This document shows, piece after piece, positions 1-8,440 of a stretch of 26,432 nucleotides of DNA (the first letter of the stretch is position 1; the number at the start of each line of letters is the position of its first letter). The stretch is from a bacterium. Lineage in GTDB: Bacteria > DUMJ01. The translations under genes were made by a program, and so were the position numbers. The notes under the pieces are model-generated. The model was not told where the DNA came from. It saw only the letters and a program-made list of their open reading frames with translations, and did no database searches. The stretch lies in assembly GCA_049970495.1 (NCBI GenBank), contig JBMFMV010000021.1, forward strand, positions 1 through 26,432, written 5' to 3'.

Positions 1-1
1 T

Positions 2-1243
2 TTGATAGTACTATTTTTAATTGGCATTGAGAGTATAGTATTAGCCAAAACTACAGTGACTTGGTGGACTCTTGGACCTAGAGAGGGAGCAGAAGAAATA
101 AAGCAGGTTTATGAAAAAAAGAATCCAGACGTAACAGTAGAGGTATTAATATTACCTTCTTGGGACGACCTTTGGAAAAAACTTATGGTAGCAGTAGCAG
201 GAGGAGTTACTCCCGATGTAGTTCGTGGGAAAGATTATTGGGTAGTAGATTTAGCTTCTAGAAAAGCTCTACTACCTTTAGATGACGTTATTCAAAAGAA
301 TAAGAAGGAAATTCTTGGAGTACCTCCCGAAAGAATATACACAAGAAGAATATACGATCTATATACCTATCAAGGACATATCTATGCCCTTCCATTCCAT
401 AACTTTTGGCCAGTATTAGTTTATAACGAAAATCTATTTAAAGAGGCAGGACTCAGACGTGCTCCAAGAACTTTCGAGGAATTTAGAGAGTTCGGGATCA
501 AATTAACTAAACCAGAAAAGAAACAGTGGGGAACTATGCTTTATACTTATACTAGACTTGAGCCAACTTTAGTGCTTTGGTCATTTTATGTCTATAGTAT
601 TCAGAATAAGGCAATTCTAGTCAAGGTAGCCAAAGAAACCGGAGAACCAACTTTCCTTTTAGATACCCCCGAATCTGTAAGTACCTTACAGTGGATAGTT
701 GATAATATTTATAAGCATAAATTCTGCACTCCACCAGAGGCTCTATCTCCGAATATGATAGAAAATGAAAAGGTAGCAATGTGGATTACAGGACAGTTTT
801 CTTTTGGAGGATACGATAGAACTATGCCTCCAAATGTTAAGTGGGCAGTAGCTTCTATTCCTACTAATATTGATAAAGCTATATTTACGGAAGGAAATGC
901 CCTCTTTATTCCTGCAGGCACCAAAAATAAAGAAGCTGCCATTGAGTTTGTAAAATTCGCTTCTGGAAAAGAGGCAGACCTTATCTGGTCAAAATGGTCT
1001 GGAACTATGCCTTTTAGAGACAGCAACTGGACTAAGCCTCCTTACTCAAATACACCAAGATATGTTGTAAGTGCTAACGAAATGAAGACATATCGTCTAA
1101 TATTCCCCCAGTATTTCCCTGGATATACCGAAGTAATGAGTAAAGTTGCAGAATCTCTCCAAGCGGCTTTTTACAACAAAATGTCCCCCTTAGATGCTAT
1201 GAAGAAGGCTCAAAGCGATGCGATTTCTATGGTTAAGAAATAA
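2..1243 (+). CDS. Carbohydrate ABC transporter substrate-binding protein (family 1), probably 5'-truncated by the window edge
   Basis: Hydrophobic signal-peptide tail without a lipobox Cys. SBP_bac_1-type motifs: 'KLMVAVAGGVTPDV', 'YQGHIYALP', 'LVYNENLFKEAGL..APRTFEEF'. Followed by two CUT1 permeases. Confidence 0.9.
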   Translation: MIVLFLIGIESIVLAKTTVTWWTLGPREGAEEIKQVYEKKNPDVTVEVLILPSWDDLWKKLMVAVAGGVTPDVVRGKDYWVVDLASRKALLPLDDVIQKNKKEILGVPPERIYTRRIYDLYTYQGHIYALPFHNFWPVLVYNENLFKEAGLRRAPRTFEEFREFGIKLTKPEKKQWGTMLYTYTRLEPTLVLWSFYVYSIQNKAILVKVAKETGEPTFLLDTPESVSTLQWIVDNIYKHKFCTPPEALSPNMIENEKVAMWITGQFSFGGYDRTMPPNVKWAVASIPTNIDKAIFTEGNALFIPAGTKNKEAAIEFVKFASGKEADLIWSKWSGTMPFRDSNWTKPPYSNTPRYVVSANEMKTYRLIFPQYFPGYTEVMSKVAESLQAAFYNKMSPLDAMKKAQSDAISMVKK

Positions 1244-1257
1244 GTAATTGATGACAA

Positions 1258-1290
1258 CCCCTGAGGTAGAAGATTATTCTACCTCAGGGG
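1258..1290 (+). terminator. 14-bp perfect stem-loop after the SBP gene (mRNA-stabilising or partial terminator)
   Basis: CCCCTGAGGTAGAA-gatta-TTCTACCTCAGGGG. No U-tract follows, and it lies between the SBP and the first permease. Confidence 0.75.
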
Positions 1291-1301
1291 AAGACTAATA
1301 G

Positions 1302-2195
1302 ATGGTGGTGACTAAAATGAGACTTAATCGTACATTAAAGGAAAATATAGAAGGATATTTATTTATTTCTCCGGCTCTATTAGGTGTAATTATTTTCTCT
1401 CTAGGTCCTATGGTAGCTTCGCTTATTCTTAGCTTTATGCAATATGATATAGTAAATCCACCGAGATTTATAGGGATTTCTAACTTTAAGACACTATTAA
1501 CAGACACTCTATTCTCTAAGGCACTTTTTAATACCCTGTATTATGTAGGAGGAGTAGTTCCCTTAAGATTAACAGTGGCACTTTTAGCAGCTATATTACT
1601 TAATCAAAAAATTAAGGGAGTTACATTTTATAGAACAGCTTATTACCTTCCTTCTGTAAGTGCAGGAGTAGCTATAAGTATTGTATGGACGTATGTGTTA
1701 GACCCCCAATATGGACTTATAAATTCAGTATTGGGATACCTAAAGATTCCTGGACCACCATGGCTTCAATCTACTACATGGGCAATGCCTGCTCTAATTC
1801 TAATGGGCACTTGGTCTATTGGACAACCTATGGTTATCTTTTTAGCTGGACTACAAGGAATTCCTACTCACCTCTATGAAGCTGTCTCTATAGATGGTGG
1901 TAACTGGTGGCATAAATTTAGGTATATAACTATCCCAATGTTGACACCTGTAATCTTCTTCAATATGGTTATGCAGATTATTGGCACATTTCAAGTATTT
2001 ACCTCAGTATATGTAATGACTAATGGTGGTCCGATGAATTCTACTTTAGTATACGTCTTCTATCTCTATCAGCAGGCTTTTCAATGGCTTAAGATGGGAT
2101 ATGGAAGTGCTTTAACATGGGTTTTATTCTTGATAATCTTTACTCTGACTGTACTACAATTTAGGATCTCATCACTTTGGGTTTATCACGAATAG
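1302..2195 (+). CDS. Carbohydrate ABC transporter permease (MalF/UgpA-like)
   Basis: 'GYLFISPALLG', 'FLAGLQGIP..LYEAVSIDGGNWWHKFRYITIPMLTP' (EAA loop), 'MTNGGP', 'MGYGSA'. The start may be the ATG at 1317. Confidence 0.93.
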   Translation: MVVTKMRLNRTLKENIEGYLFISPALLGVIIFSLGPMVASLILSFMQYDIVNPPRFIGISNFKTLLTDTLFSKALFNTLYYVGGVVPLRLTVALLAAILLNQKIKGVTFYRTAYYLPSVSAGVAISIVWTYVLDPQYGLINSVLGYLKIPGPPWLQSTTWAMPALILMGTWSIGQPMVIFLAGLQGIPTHLYEAVSIDGGNWWHKFRYITIPMLTPVIFFNMVMQIIGTFQVFTSVYVMTNGGPMNSTLVYVFYLYQQAFQWLKMGYGSALTWVLFLIIFTLTVLQFRISSLWVYHE

Positions 2196-2206
2196 GAGGG
2201 TAAAGA

Positions 2207-3049
2207 ATGAAAAATAGTAAGCAATTTAAAACTACTATATGGGAGATCTTTTTATATACAATAATGAGTATAGGAGCTCTAATATTTATGCTTCCATTTT
2301 TATGAATGGTATCCACATCTTTAAAACCTTCTACACAGATATTTATTTATCCTATTCAGTGGATCCCTAAGCCACCTGTTTGGCGTAACTACATAGATGC
2401 TTTAAGATCAGCCCCATTTGGAACCTACTATACCAACACCGTTATAATAACAGCTCTAACAGTTCTAGGAACAGTAATATCTAGTACACTATCTGCTTAT
2501 GGATTTGCTAGATTAAAGTTTAAGGGAAGAGATTTCCTCTTTCTTCTCATTCTTTCAGCTATGATGTTACCAAATCAGGTTACAGTAATACCCCAATTTA
2601 TCGTGTTTAAACTTTTAGGCTGGTTAAATACATTTTTACCACTTACTGTACCTGCATTTTTTGGTCCTCCATTTTTCATTTTCTTACTCCGTCAATATAT
2701 GCTTACACTTCCAACTGAATTAGATGATGCTGCCTATATTGATGGCTGCAGTAAGCTCCAAGTATTAGTTCTCATTCTATTACCTTTACTAAAGCCAGCT
2801 ATCTTTACTATGACTATACTGACATTTTTAGGCTCTTGGAATGACTTTTTTGGACCACTGATATATCTGTCTGATATGAAAAAGTATACAGTTACCTTAG
2901 GTCTAACACTCTTTAGAGGCGAATTTGTCACTTATTGGAATTGGCTTATGGCAGCCTCAATAGTAGCTATTTTACCTTGTCTCCTAATATTCATGCTAGC
3001 ACAAAGATACTTTATTCAAGGAATAGCTCTAACAGGACTTAAGGGGTAA
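2207..3049 (+). pseudogene. Carbohydrate ABC transporter permease (MalG/UgpE-like) with an in-frame TGA at 2303-2305
   Basis: RBS AGGAGG, then ATG 2207 in frame with the 2306 ORF, reading MKNSKQFKTTIWEIFLYTIMSIGALIFMLPFL*MVSTSLK. The family pattern is PFxWM(V/L)xxSxK. EAA loop 'ELDDAAYIDGCS' and C-terminal 'QRYFIQGIALTGLKG' are intact. Confidence 0.8.
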
Positions 3050-3054
3050 TCCTT

Positions 3055-3651
3055 ATGAAAATACAGGATATCAGAGTCTTTATAATCAAAGATAGAACTG
3101 TTTTAGTAAAGGTTTTACTGATGAGGGGATAGTGGGGATAGGAGAATGTAGCCCTATGCATCCTAGATTGGTGGCAGAGACCATAAATTCGGCATTGAAG
3201 CCTATTATTATAGGAAGAGATCTGTTTGATATAGAAAAGATAAGTGAGGATGTATTCATAGAAACTTATAAGTTTAGGGGAAGATTAGTATTTATGGCTT
3301 TTAGTGGTATAGAAGTTGCTATCTGGGAGGCTATAGGGAAGGCCTTAAAGTTACCAATTTATAAGCTCTTAGGTGGAGAATATAGAAAGAACATCAAAGT
3401 ATATGTTAGTTTTATGCATAGGGATCAATCCCCTAAAGAAATAGCAGAAAGAGCAGAGTATTTTGTAGCATCTACTCCTAACTGTAGATATCCAATGGAG
3501 TATAATATAGAACCATATCCCCTTAAGAGATATCCTCTTAAAGGAACCTATAGTTCTTAAAGAAGAATATATGACTGTCCTGGAAGGTTATGGTCTAGAC
3601 GTAGAACTTAATGAAGAAGTAGTTGAGAAGTATGGCTTAGAGGTAAAATAA
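3055..3651 (+). pseudogene. Mandelate racemase/muconate lactonising enzyme (enolase superfamily) pseudogene
   Basis: ATG 3055 MKIQDIRVFIIKDRTVLVKV, frameshift near 3113-3116, then TDEGIVGIGEC...SGIEVAIWEAIGKALKLPIYKLLGG...EIAERAEYFV joined directly to the C-terminal ASTPNCRYPMEY. A second frameshift near 3519-3522 leads to LRDILLKEPIVLKEEYMTVLEGYGLDVELNEEVVEKY, TAA 3649-3651. Most of the catalytic barrel is missing. Confidence 0.85.
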
Positions 3652-3657
3652 AGGTTT

Positions 3658-4191
3658 CTATATGGCTATCTTCTTTAGATACTTTTCTAATGCTCCGTAT
3701 ATAAGCAAGAATAAAAGCATATTTATTGTCCCTTGAGCTATATTAAATGGAGTAACTGCTACTTTTACAAGACGCCATACTTCTTGAACTGGAAGCCCTG
3801 TATATATAGGTGTAAATACAAGATTTGCCGGTATCATTATTAGTGTCTTAGCTGCTACCCCTGCTAAAAGTGCTGGAACTAAAAGGTCTTTCCTATACCT
3901 AAGAATAAAAGCAGGTACTACCACAAAACTTCCAGTGGCTATTGTATTCATAAGTATCCCTATTGGACCCCCAACTCCTTTAAATATAAAGTATAGTATA
4001 TTCTTTATGACTACAGATACAAATCCTATCCAAGGTCCATACAAAATACCGGCCAATAATACTGCAACATCACCAGGGTCATAGAGCAAAAAATTGGCTT
4101 CTGGTATAAGAGGAATTTGAAATAGCATTAAGACAAAACCAATTGCAGATAAAAGAGCTCCACCAACATACATCTTACTACTTTTTCGCAT
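3658..4191 (-). CDS. ribU: ECF transporter S component, riboflavin (RibU)
   Basis: 177-aa multi-TM protein with 'FLLYDPGDV', 'GPIGILMN', 'PFNIAQG'. Start is ATG 4191 with RBS AAGGAGG at 4201-4207; the ORF-track start at 4302 falls inside the riboswitch. Directly downstream of an FMN riboswitch. Confidence 0.88.
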   Translation of the reverse strand: MRKSSKMYVGGALLSAIGFVLMLFQIPLIPEANFLLYDPGDVAVLLAGILYGPWIGFVSVVIKNILYFIFKGVGGPIGILMNTIATGSFVVVPAFILRYRKDLLVPALLAGVAAKTLIMIPANLVFTPIYTGLPVQEVWRLVKVAVTPFNIAQGTINMLLFLLIYGALEKYLKKIAI

Positions 4192-4219
4192 CGTCTCAGT
4201 CCTCCTTATAAAATTTTTA

Positions 4220-4241
4220 AGCCCCGAAAACCTTCGGGGCT
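4220..4241 (-). terminator. Riboswitch expression-platform hairpin (terminator)
   Basis: Minus strand AGCCCCGAA-ggtt-TTCGGGGCT followed by TAAAAATTTTAT. Lies between the aptamer and the ribU RBS. Confidence 0.75.
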
Positions 4242-4260
4242 CATTGTCCAATAAAAAACA

Positions 4261-4390
4261 CCTTCTCCCATCCGGACTATACCGTCGGCACTGGAATTTC
4301 ACCAGTTCAACCTCTTATGAGGCTCGCGGGCTTTACCGCCGGTAGGGAATTGAAGCACTTATTCGCTTCTCACCCGTCCCCGAAGGTTTC
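4261..4390 (-). ncRNA. FMN riboswitch (RFN element)
   Basis: Minus strand CCTTCGGGGACGGGTGA...AATTCCCTACCGGCGGTAAAGCCCGCGAGC...CTGGTGAAATTCCAGTGCCGACGGTATAGTCCGGATGGGAGAAGG contains the hallmark RFN blocks. Confidence 0.97.
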
Positions 4391-4417
4391 GATACTTTAT
4401 ATCTATTTTTAATAGAA

Positions 4418-4446
4418 ATTATACTATAGACTAAATAGAAATGCAA
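4418..4446 (-). promoter_or_regulatory. Sigma70-type promoter for the riboswitch-ribU transcript
   Basis: Minus strand TTGCAT (4446-4441), 17 bp spacer, TATAAT (4423-4418), about 30 nt upstream of the aptamer. Confidence 0.7.
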
Positions 4447-4512
4447 ATGATATTATCAAATACAGAAATTACTCAATTAAAATGATATTTCTACAACAAT
4501 CAGCAAAGAGGT

Positions 4513-4541
4513 TTGACTTATCTTCTAAATTGTTATAAAAT
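4513..4541 (+). promoter_or_regulatory. Sigma70-type promoter for the aldo/keto reductase
   Basis: TTGACT (4513-4518), 17 bp spacer, TAAAAT (4536-4541). Confidence 0.65.
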
Positions 4542-4590
4542 GTGCTAAAATGAAATAAATCGAAAAATTTTCCTTATAGGAGGGATCTTG

Positions 4591-5730
4591 ATGCAGTATA
4601 GGAAGTTCGGTAGACTAGATTTTAAGGTTTCTGCTCTAGGTTTTGGAGCTATGAGGCTTCCCACTATTGGAGGAGACGATGGCAAAATAGATGAAGAATT
4701 AGCTATAAAGATGATAAGGTACGCAATAGACAACGGTGTAAACTATGTAGACACAGCATATGGATATCACAGAGGGAACAGTGAAATAGTGGTTGGTAAG
4801 GCATTAAAAGACGGCTATAGAGCTAAGACTATGTTAGCAACAAAACTTCCTCCATGGCATGTAAATGTAAAAGAGGATATGGATAGACTCCTAAATGAAC
4901 AGTTAAAGAAGCTTGATACAGATCATATAGATTTCTATCTGTTACATGCACTCAATAAAGATACTTGGAACAAGCTATACAATCTAGGAGTTTTGGATTG
5001 GGCTGAGGGGGTGATAAAGAAGGGTCTTATAAGATATCTTGGATTTTCTTTCCATGATGACCTAGAGACATTTAAAAAGATAGTGGATGCTTATGATTGG
5101 ACCTTCTGTCAGATACAGTATAACTATATGGATATAGAACATCAGGCAGGTATGGAAGGACTAAAGTATGCAAGTAGTAAAGGGTTGGCAGTTGTAATAA
5201 TGGAGCCATTAAGAGGCGGAAGGCTTGCCAATCCACCAGATAGAGTAAGACAAGTACTTGAAAGCTTTCCAATAAAGAGAAGTCCAGTTGCCTGGGCCTT
5301 ACTATGGCTCTGGAATCAGCCAGAAGTGTCTACTGTGCTAAGTGGTATGAGTACTTTCGAGCAGGTAAAAGAGAATATTGAAATTGCAAATAGCTCTGGA
5401 ATTAATATTCTCACGCCAGAAGAGTTAAAACTTATAGAGAGAGTAAAGGAGACATACCTTGGCATCAAAGCCATAGATTGCAACGAATGTGGTTATTGTA
5501 TGCCATGTCCTAATGGTGTAAATATACCTCTAAACTTCCACCTCTACAATGAAGGTGTAAGGTATAACGACTTTGGCGGACCAAGATGGCACTATAGAAA
5601 CGGCATGCAGGAGTCAGAAAGAGCTAGTAGCTGTATAAAATGTGGAATCTGTGAACCAAAGTGCCCTCAAAACTTACCTATCAGGGATCTACTAGAAAAG
5701 GTAAAAGAAACCTTTGAAGCAACAGTATAA
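4591..5730 (+). CDS. Aldo/keto reductase with a C-terminal 4Fe-4S dicluster domain
   Basis: 'VSALGFGAMRLP', 'GVNYVDTAYGYH', 'IDFYLLH', 'VIMEPLRGG'. C-terminal CNECGYCMPCP and CIKCGICEPKCP. RBS AGGAGG before ATG 4591. Confidence 0.92.
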   Translation: MQYRKFGRLDFKVSALGFGAMRLPTIGGDDGKIDEELAIKMIRYAIDNGVNYVDTAYGYHRGNSEIVVGKALKDGYRAKTMLATKLPPWHVNVKEDMDRLLNEQLKKLDTDHIDFYLLHALNKDTWNKLYNLGVLDWAEGVIKKGLIRYLGFSFHDDLETFKKIVDAYDWTFCQIQYNYMDIEHQAGMEGLKYASSKGLAVVIMEPLRGGRLANPPDRVRQVLESFPIKRSPVAWALLWLWNQPEVSTVLSGMSTFEQVKENIEIANSSGINILTPEELKLIERVKETYLGIKAIDCNECGYCMPCPNGVNIPLNFHLYNEGVRYNDFGGPRWHYRNGMQESERASSCIKCGICEPKCPQNLPIRDLLEKVKETFEATV

Positions 5731-5731
5731 T

Positions 5732-5752
5732 AGGGGGCGCTTTTAGCCCCCT
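5732..5752. terminator. Hairpin between convergent genes (likely terminator)
   Basis: AGGGGGC-gctttta-GCCCCCT flanked by A/T-rich sequence, between the AKR stop (5730) and the osmC stop (5757). Confidence 0.65.
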
Positions 5753-5756
5753 TATC

Positions 5757-6155
5757 TTATTCGTTTATTATTTTGTAACTATATGTGAGCTCTACCGCCT
5801 TTTTTAGCATACCTCCAACACTACAGTATTTTTCTTGTGAAAGTTCAATAGCCCTCTTTACTGCATTTTCGTCTATGTTAGTGCCATAAACTACATATTC
5901 TAAGTTTATCTTTGTAAATACCTTAGGATGTTCGTTAGCTCTTTCAGCCAATAAATTTATCTCAAAATTTTTCACATCTTGCCTCATCTTCTGCAAGATA
6001 GATATTATATCCATCCCTGTACATCCGCCTAAAGCAACAAGGACAAGCTCCATAGGAGTTGGCCCACTTTCACTGTCCATAAAGATGTCCGGACTTCCTT
6101 CTATATGGCCAGTAAATTTGAGCTTCTCTTTTTGCCAGACTACCTTAGCTTCCAT
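5757..6155 (-). CDS. OsmC family protein (YhfA-like)
   Basis: 'GPTPMELVLVALGGCTGMD', 'HPKVFTKI', 'AIELSQEKYCSV'; two conserved Cys. RBS AGGAGG. Confidence 0.9.
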   Translation of the reverse strand: MEAKVVWQKEKLKFTGHIEGSPDIFMDSESGPTPMELVLVALGGCTGMDIISILQKMRQDVKNFEINLLAERANEHPKVFTKINLEYVVYGTNIDENAVKRAIELSQEKYCSVGGMLKKAVELTYSYKIINE

Positions 6156-6351
6156 AAAATTACCTCCTAATTTATAGTCTTTTCAAAAACAAATAAAGTA
6201 TATCAAAACCTTGTTATCTAAAATTGCTTTTATAAAGTCACCATTTTTAAGTCTATCCACTTATCAAAAACATACTTAAGCCCTTTCTTTTTATTCCTAC
6301 AAGATTATAATAATTATATCAAAAACGATAAAGACCGGAGGTATCTAAGAG

Positions 6352-8019
6352 ATGATTAGAGTAGACTTTAGAGGGGCAATCAGGGTAGAATTGGAAGAAC
6401 CTAGTTCAGTAAGAGAAATTATTAATAAATATCCAAATATATCTAAAGAACTCTTAGGAGAAGGGGATCTACCAGTAGCAGTAAAATTAGGAGATAGGAT
6501 AGAAGACTTAAACTATATCGTTAACGAGGATAAAAGTTTAGACCTGATTGGTGTAAAAGAAAATTATGGCAGGAGAGTATTAGAGAGGAGTTATATATTT
6601 CTCTTTAGTTTTGCCACTAAACTTTTATTTCCAGACTTAAAGGTACTCTTAGAACATTCATATCATAAAAGCTTATATGGGAGATTCAAGAACTATATAC
6701 CTAGTTCAAACGACCTACTGAAGATAGAAGAAAAAATGAAGGAATTAACAGAAAAGGATATACCTATCAAAAAAGAGATATATACAACTGAAGAAGCAAT
6801 AAAAATCTTTGAAAGGCTTCAAGAAGAAGATAAGATAAGGTTATTAAAGTATTATCCAGGAAAGGAAGTTACCCTGTATCATATAGATAACTACTATGAA
6901 TACTCATATCTTCCCTTAGTTCCATCAACCGGATATCTTAAGAATTTCGCTCTGAAACTCTACCAGCCAGGATTCCTCATAATACTTCCTGAAGATAGGG
7001 ACATAAATAAGGTTGCAGAATTTAAAGAGATTGTCGAATTGTTTAAGGCCTTCTATGAATACAGGAACTGGCTTAGTATATTAGGGCTTACAGATGTAGC
7101 GTCATTGAATTCGGCCATAGAGAATGGAGAGATATCAGAGATTATAAAGGTAGCAGAAGCACTTCATGAAAAAAAGATAGCCCAGATTGCAGATGAGATA
7201 TGCTCTAAACTTCCAGACTTAAAGTTAGTCTTGATAGCAGGTCCCTCTTCTGCAGGAAAGACAACCTTTACTAAAAGGTTACAGATTCAGCTAAAGGTTA
7301 ACGGGATAAAACCAATAGTTATAGAGATGGATGATTATTTTTTAGCACCACACGAGATTGCTAAAGACGATTATGGGAACTACGATTTTGATAGTCCCAA
7401 CGCGCTAAACATCCCTCTACTAACAGAACATTTAAACATTCTTATGAATGGAGGAGAGGTGGAATTACCTAAGTATAACTTTCAGAAAAAACGAAGTGAA
7501 AGGTCAGGACGATTTGTAAAACTAGAAAATGGTAATCTTTTAGTTATGGAAGGCATCCATGCACTAAACCCCCAGATTACACCGGAAATACCGGGTTATA
7601 TGAAGTATCATATATTTGTAAGTGCACTAACTAACCTAAATCTAGATAATCAAAATAGAGTTCCAACTACTGATGCTAGACTTATAAGGCGTATGGTAAG
7701 AGATAGTATCTTTAGAGGACACGGTGTTTTAGACTCTATTAGACAGTGGCCATCAGTGAGAAGAGCAGAAGATTTATATATATTCCCAACCCAAGAGAAA
7801 GCTGATGCTATGTTCAACTCTGCGCTTGTATATGAATTTTCCGTACTAAAAAATTTTATAGAGCCAATGTTAAAAGCAGTCCCTCCATATTACAAAGAGT
7901 ATCCAGAAGCCAAAAGAATCTTAGATATACTTTCACACTTTGTACCCCTCTCACCAACAGAAGTACCGATGACATCTATACTAAGAGAATTTATAGGAGG
8001 AAGCAGTTTTGTCTACTAA
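6352..8019 (+). CDS. Uridine/nucleoside kinase (PRK/UK family) fused to an N-terminal ThrRS TGS/editing-like region
   Basis: P-loop 'IAGPSSAGKTT', 'MDDYF', 'MEGIHALNP', 'DARLIRRMVRD..FRG'. N-terminal ThrRS-like 'DLLKIEEKMKEL.EKDIPI' and 'PLVPSTGYLKNFAL'. Confidence 0.88.
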   Translation: MIRVDFRGAIRVELEEPSSVREIINKYPNISKELLGEGDLPVAVKLGDRIEDLNYIVNEDKSLDLIGVKENYGRRVLERSYIFLFSFATKLLFPDLKVLLEHSYHKSLYGRFKNYIPSSNDLLKIEEKMKELTEKDIPIKKEIYTTEEAIKIFERLQEEDKIRLLKYYPGKEVTLYHIDNYYEYSYLPLVPSTGYLKNFALKLYQPGFLIILPEDRDINKVAEFKEIVELFKAFYEYRNWLSILGLTDVASLNSAIENGEISEIIKVAEALHEKKIAQIADEICSKLPDLKLVLIAGPSSAGKTTFTKRLQIQLKVNGIKPIVIEMDDYFLAPHEIAKDDYGNYDFDSPNALNIPLLTEHLNILMNGGEVELPKYNFQKKRSERSGRFVKLENGNLLVMEGIHALNPQITPEIPGYMKYHIFVSALTNLNLDNQNRVPTTDARLIRRMVRDSIFRGHGVLDSIRQWPSVRRAEDLYIFPTQEKADAMFNSALVYEFSVLKNFIEPMLKAVPPYYKEYPEAKRILDILSHFVPLSPTEVPMTSILREFIGGSSFVY

Positions 8020-8440
8020 GGAATGTATATTCTGTAAGATTATAAAGAGAGAATCTGAAGGTTATATTGTCTTTGAAGACGATATATCTCTTGCCTTTCT
8101 AGATATTCGCCCCCTAAATCCAGGACACTGTCTATTGGTACCTAAGGAGCACTATGAGACATTAATGGACGTACCAGAAGACTTGGTAGGACCTATATTT
8201 AGGAATGCAAAGCTAATATCGAAAGCCATAGAATTGGGCTTAGAAGCTCAAGGTATATTCATTGGTATAAATAATAGAGTAAGTCAAAGCATCCCTCATC
8301 TACATGTACACATTGTTCCAAGAAATAGAAATGACGGACTAAAAGGTTTTTTCTGGCCTAGACATCCGTATAAAGATAGAGAAACTGCGCTAGAGATACA
8401 GAGTAAGATAAAGAGTGCCATAGAAAAGCTACTAGTATAG
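8009..8440 (+). CDS. HIT family hydrolase
   Basis: 'CIFCKII', 'AFLDIRPLNPGHCLLVPKEH', histidine triad HLHVH. TTG start with RBS AGGAGG, overlapping the kinase stop. Confidence 0.93.
   Translation: MSTKECIFCKIIKRESEGYIVFEDDISLAFLDIRPLNPGHCLLVPKEHYETLMDVPEDLVGPIFRNAKLISKAIELGLEAQGIFIGINNRVSQSIPHLHVHIVPRNRNDGLKGFFWPRHPYKDRETALEIQSKIKSAIEKLLV

Noticed and set aside
2303..2305. TGA = Trp recoding (genetic code 4) or selenocysteine
   Set aside because: TGA is a genuine stop at 9571-9573 and 17952-17954, both in ATGA overlaps. TGG is used for Trp throughout, and the position aligns to Trp, not Cys.
4192..4302. 37-aa N-terminal extension of RibU in the ORF track
   Set aside because: It runs through the riboswitch and terminator; a strong RBS precedes ATG 4191.
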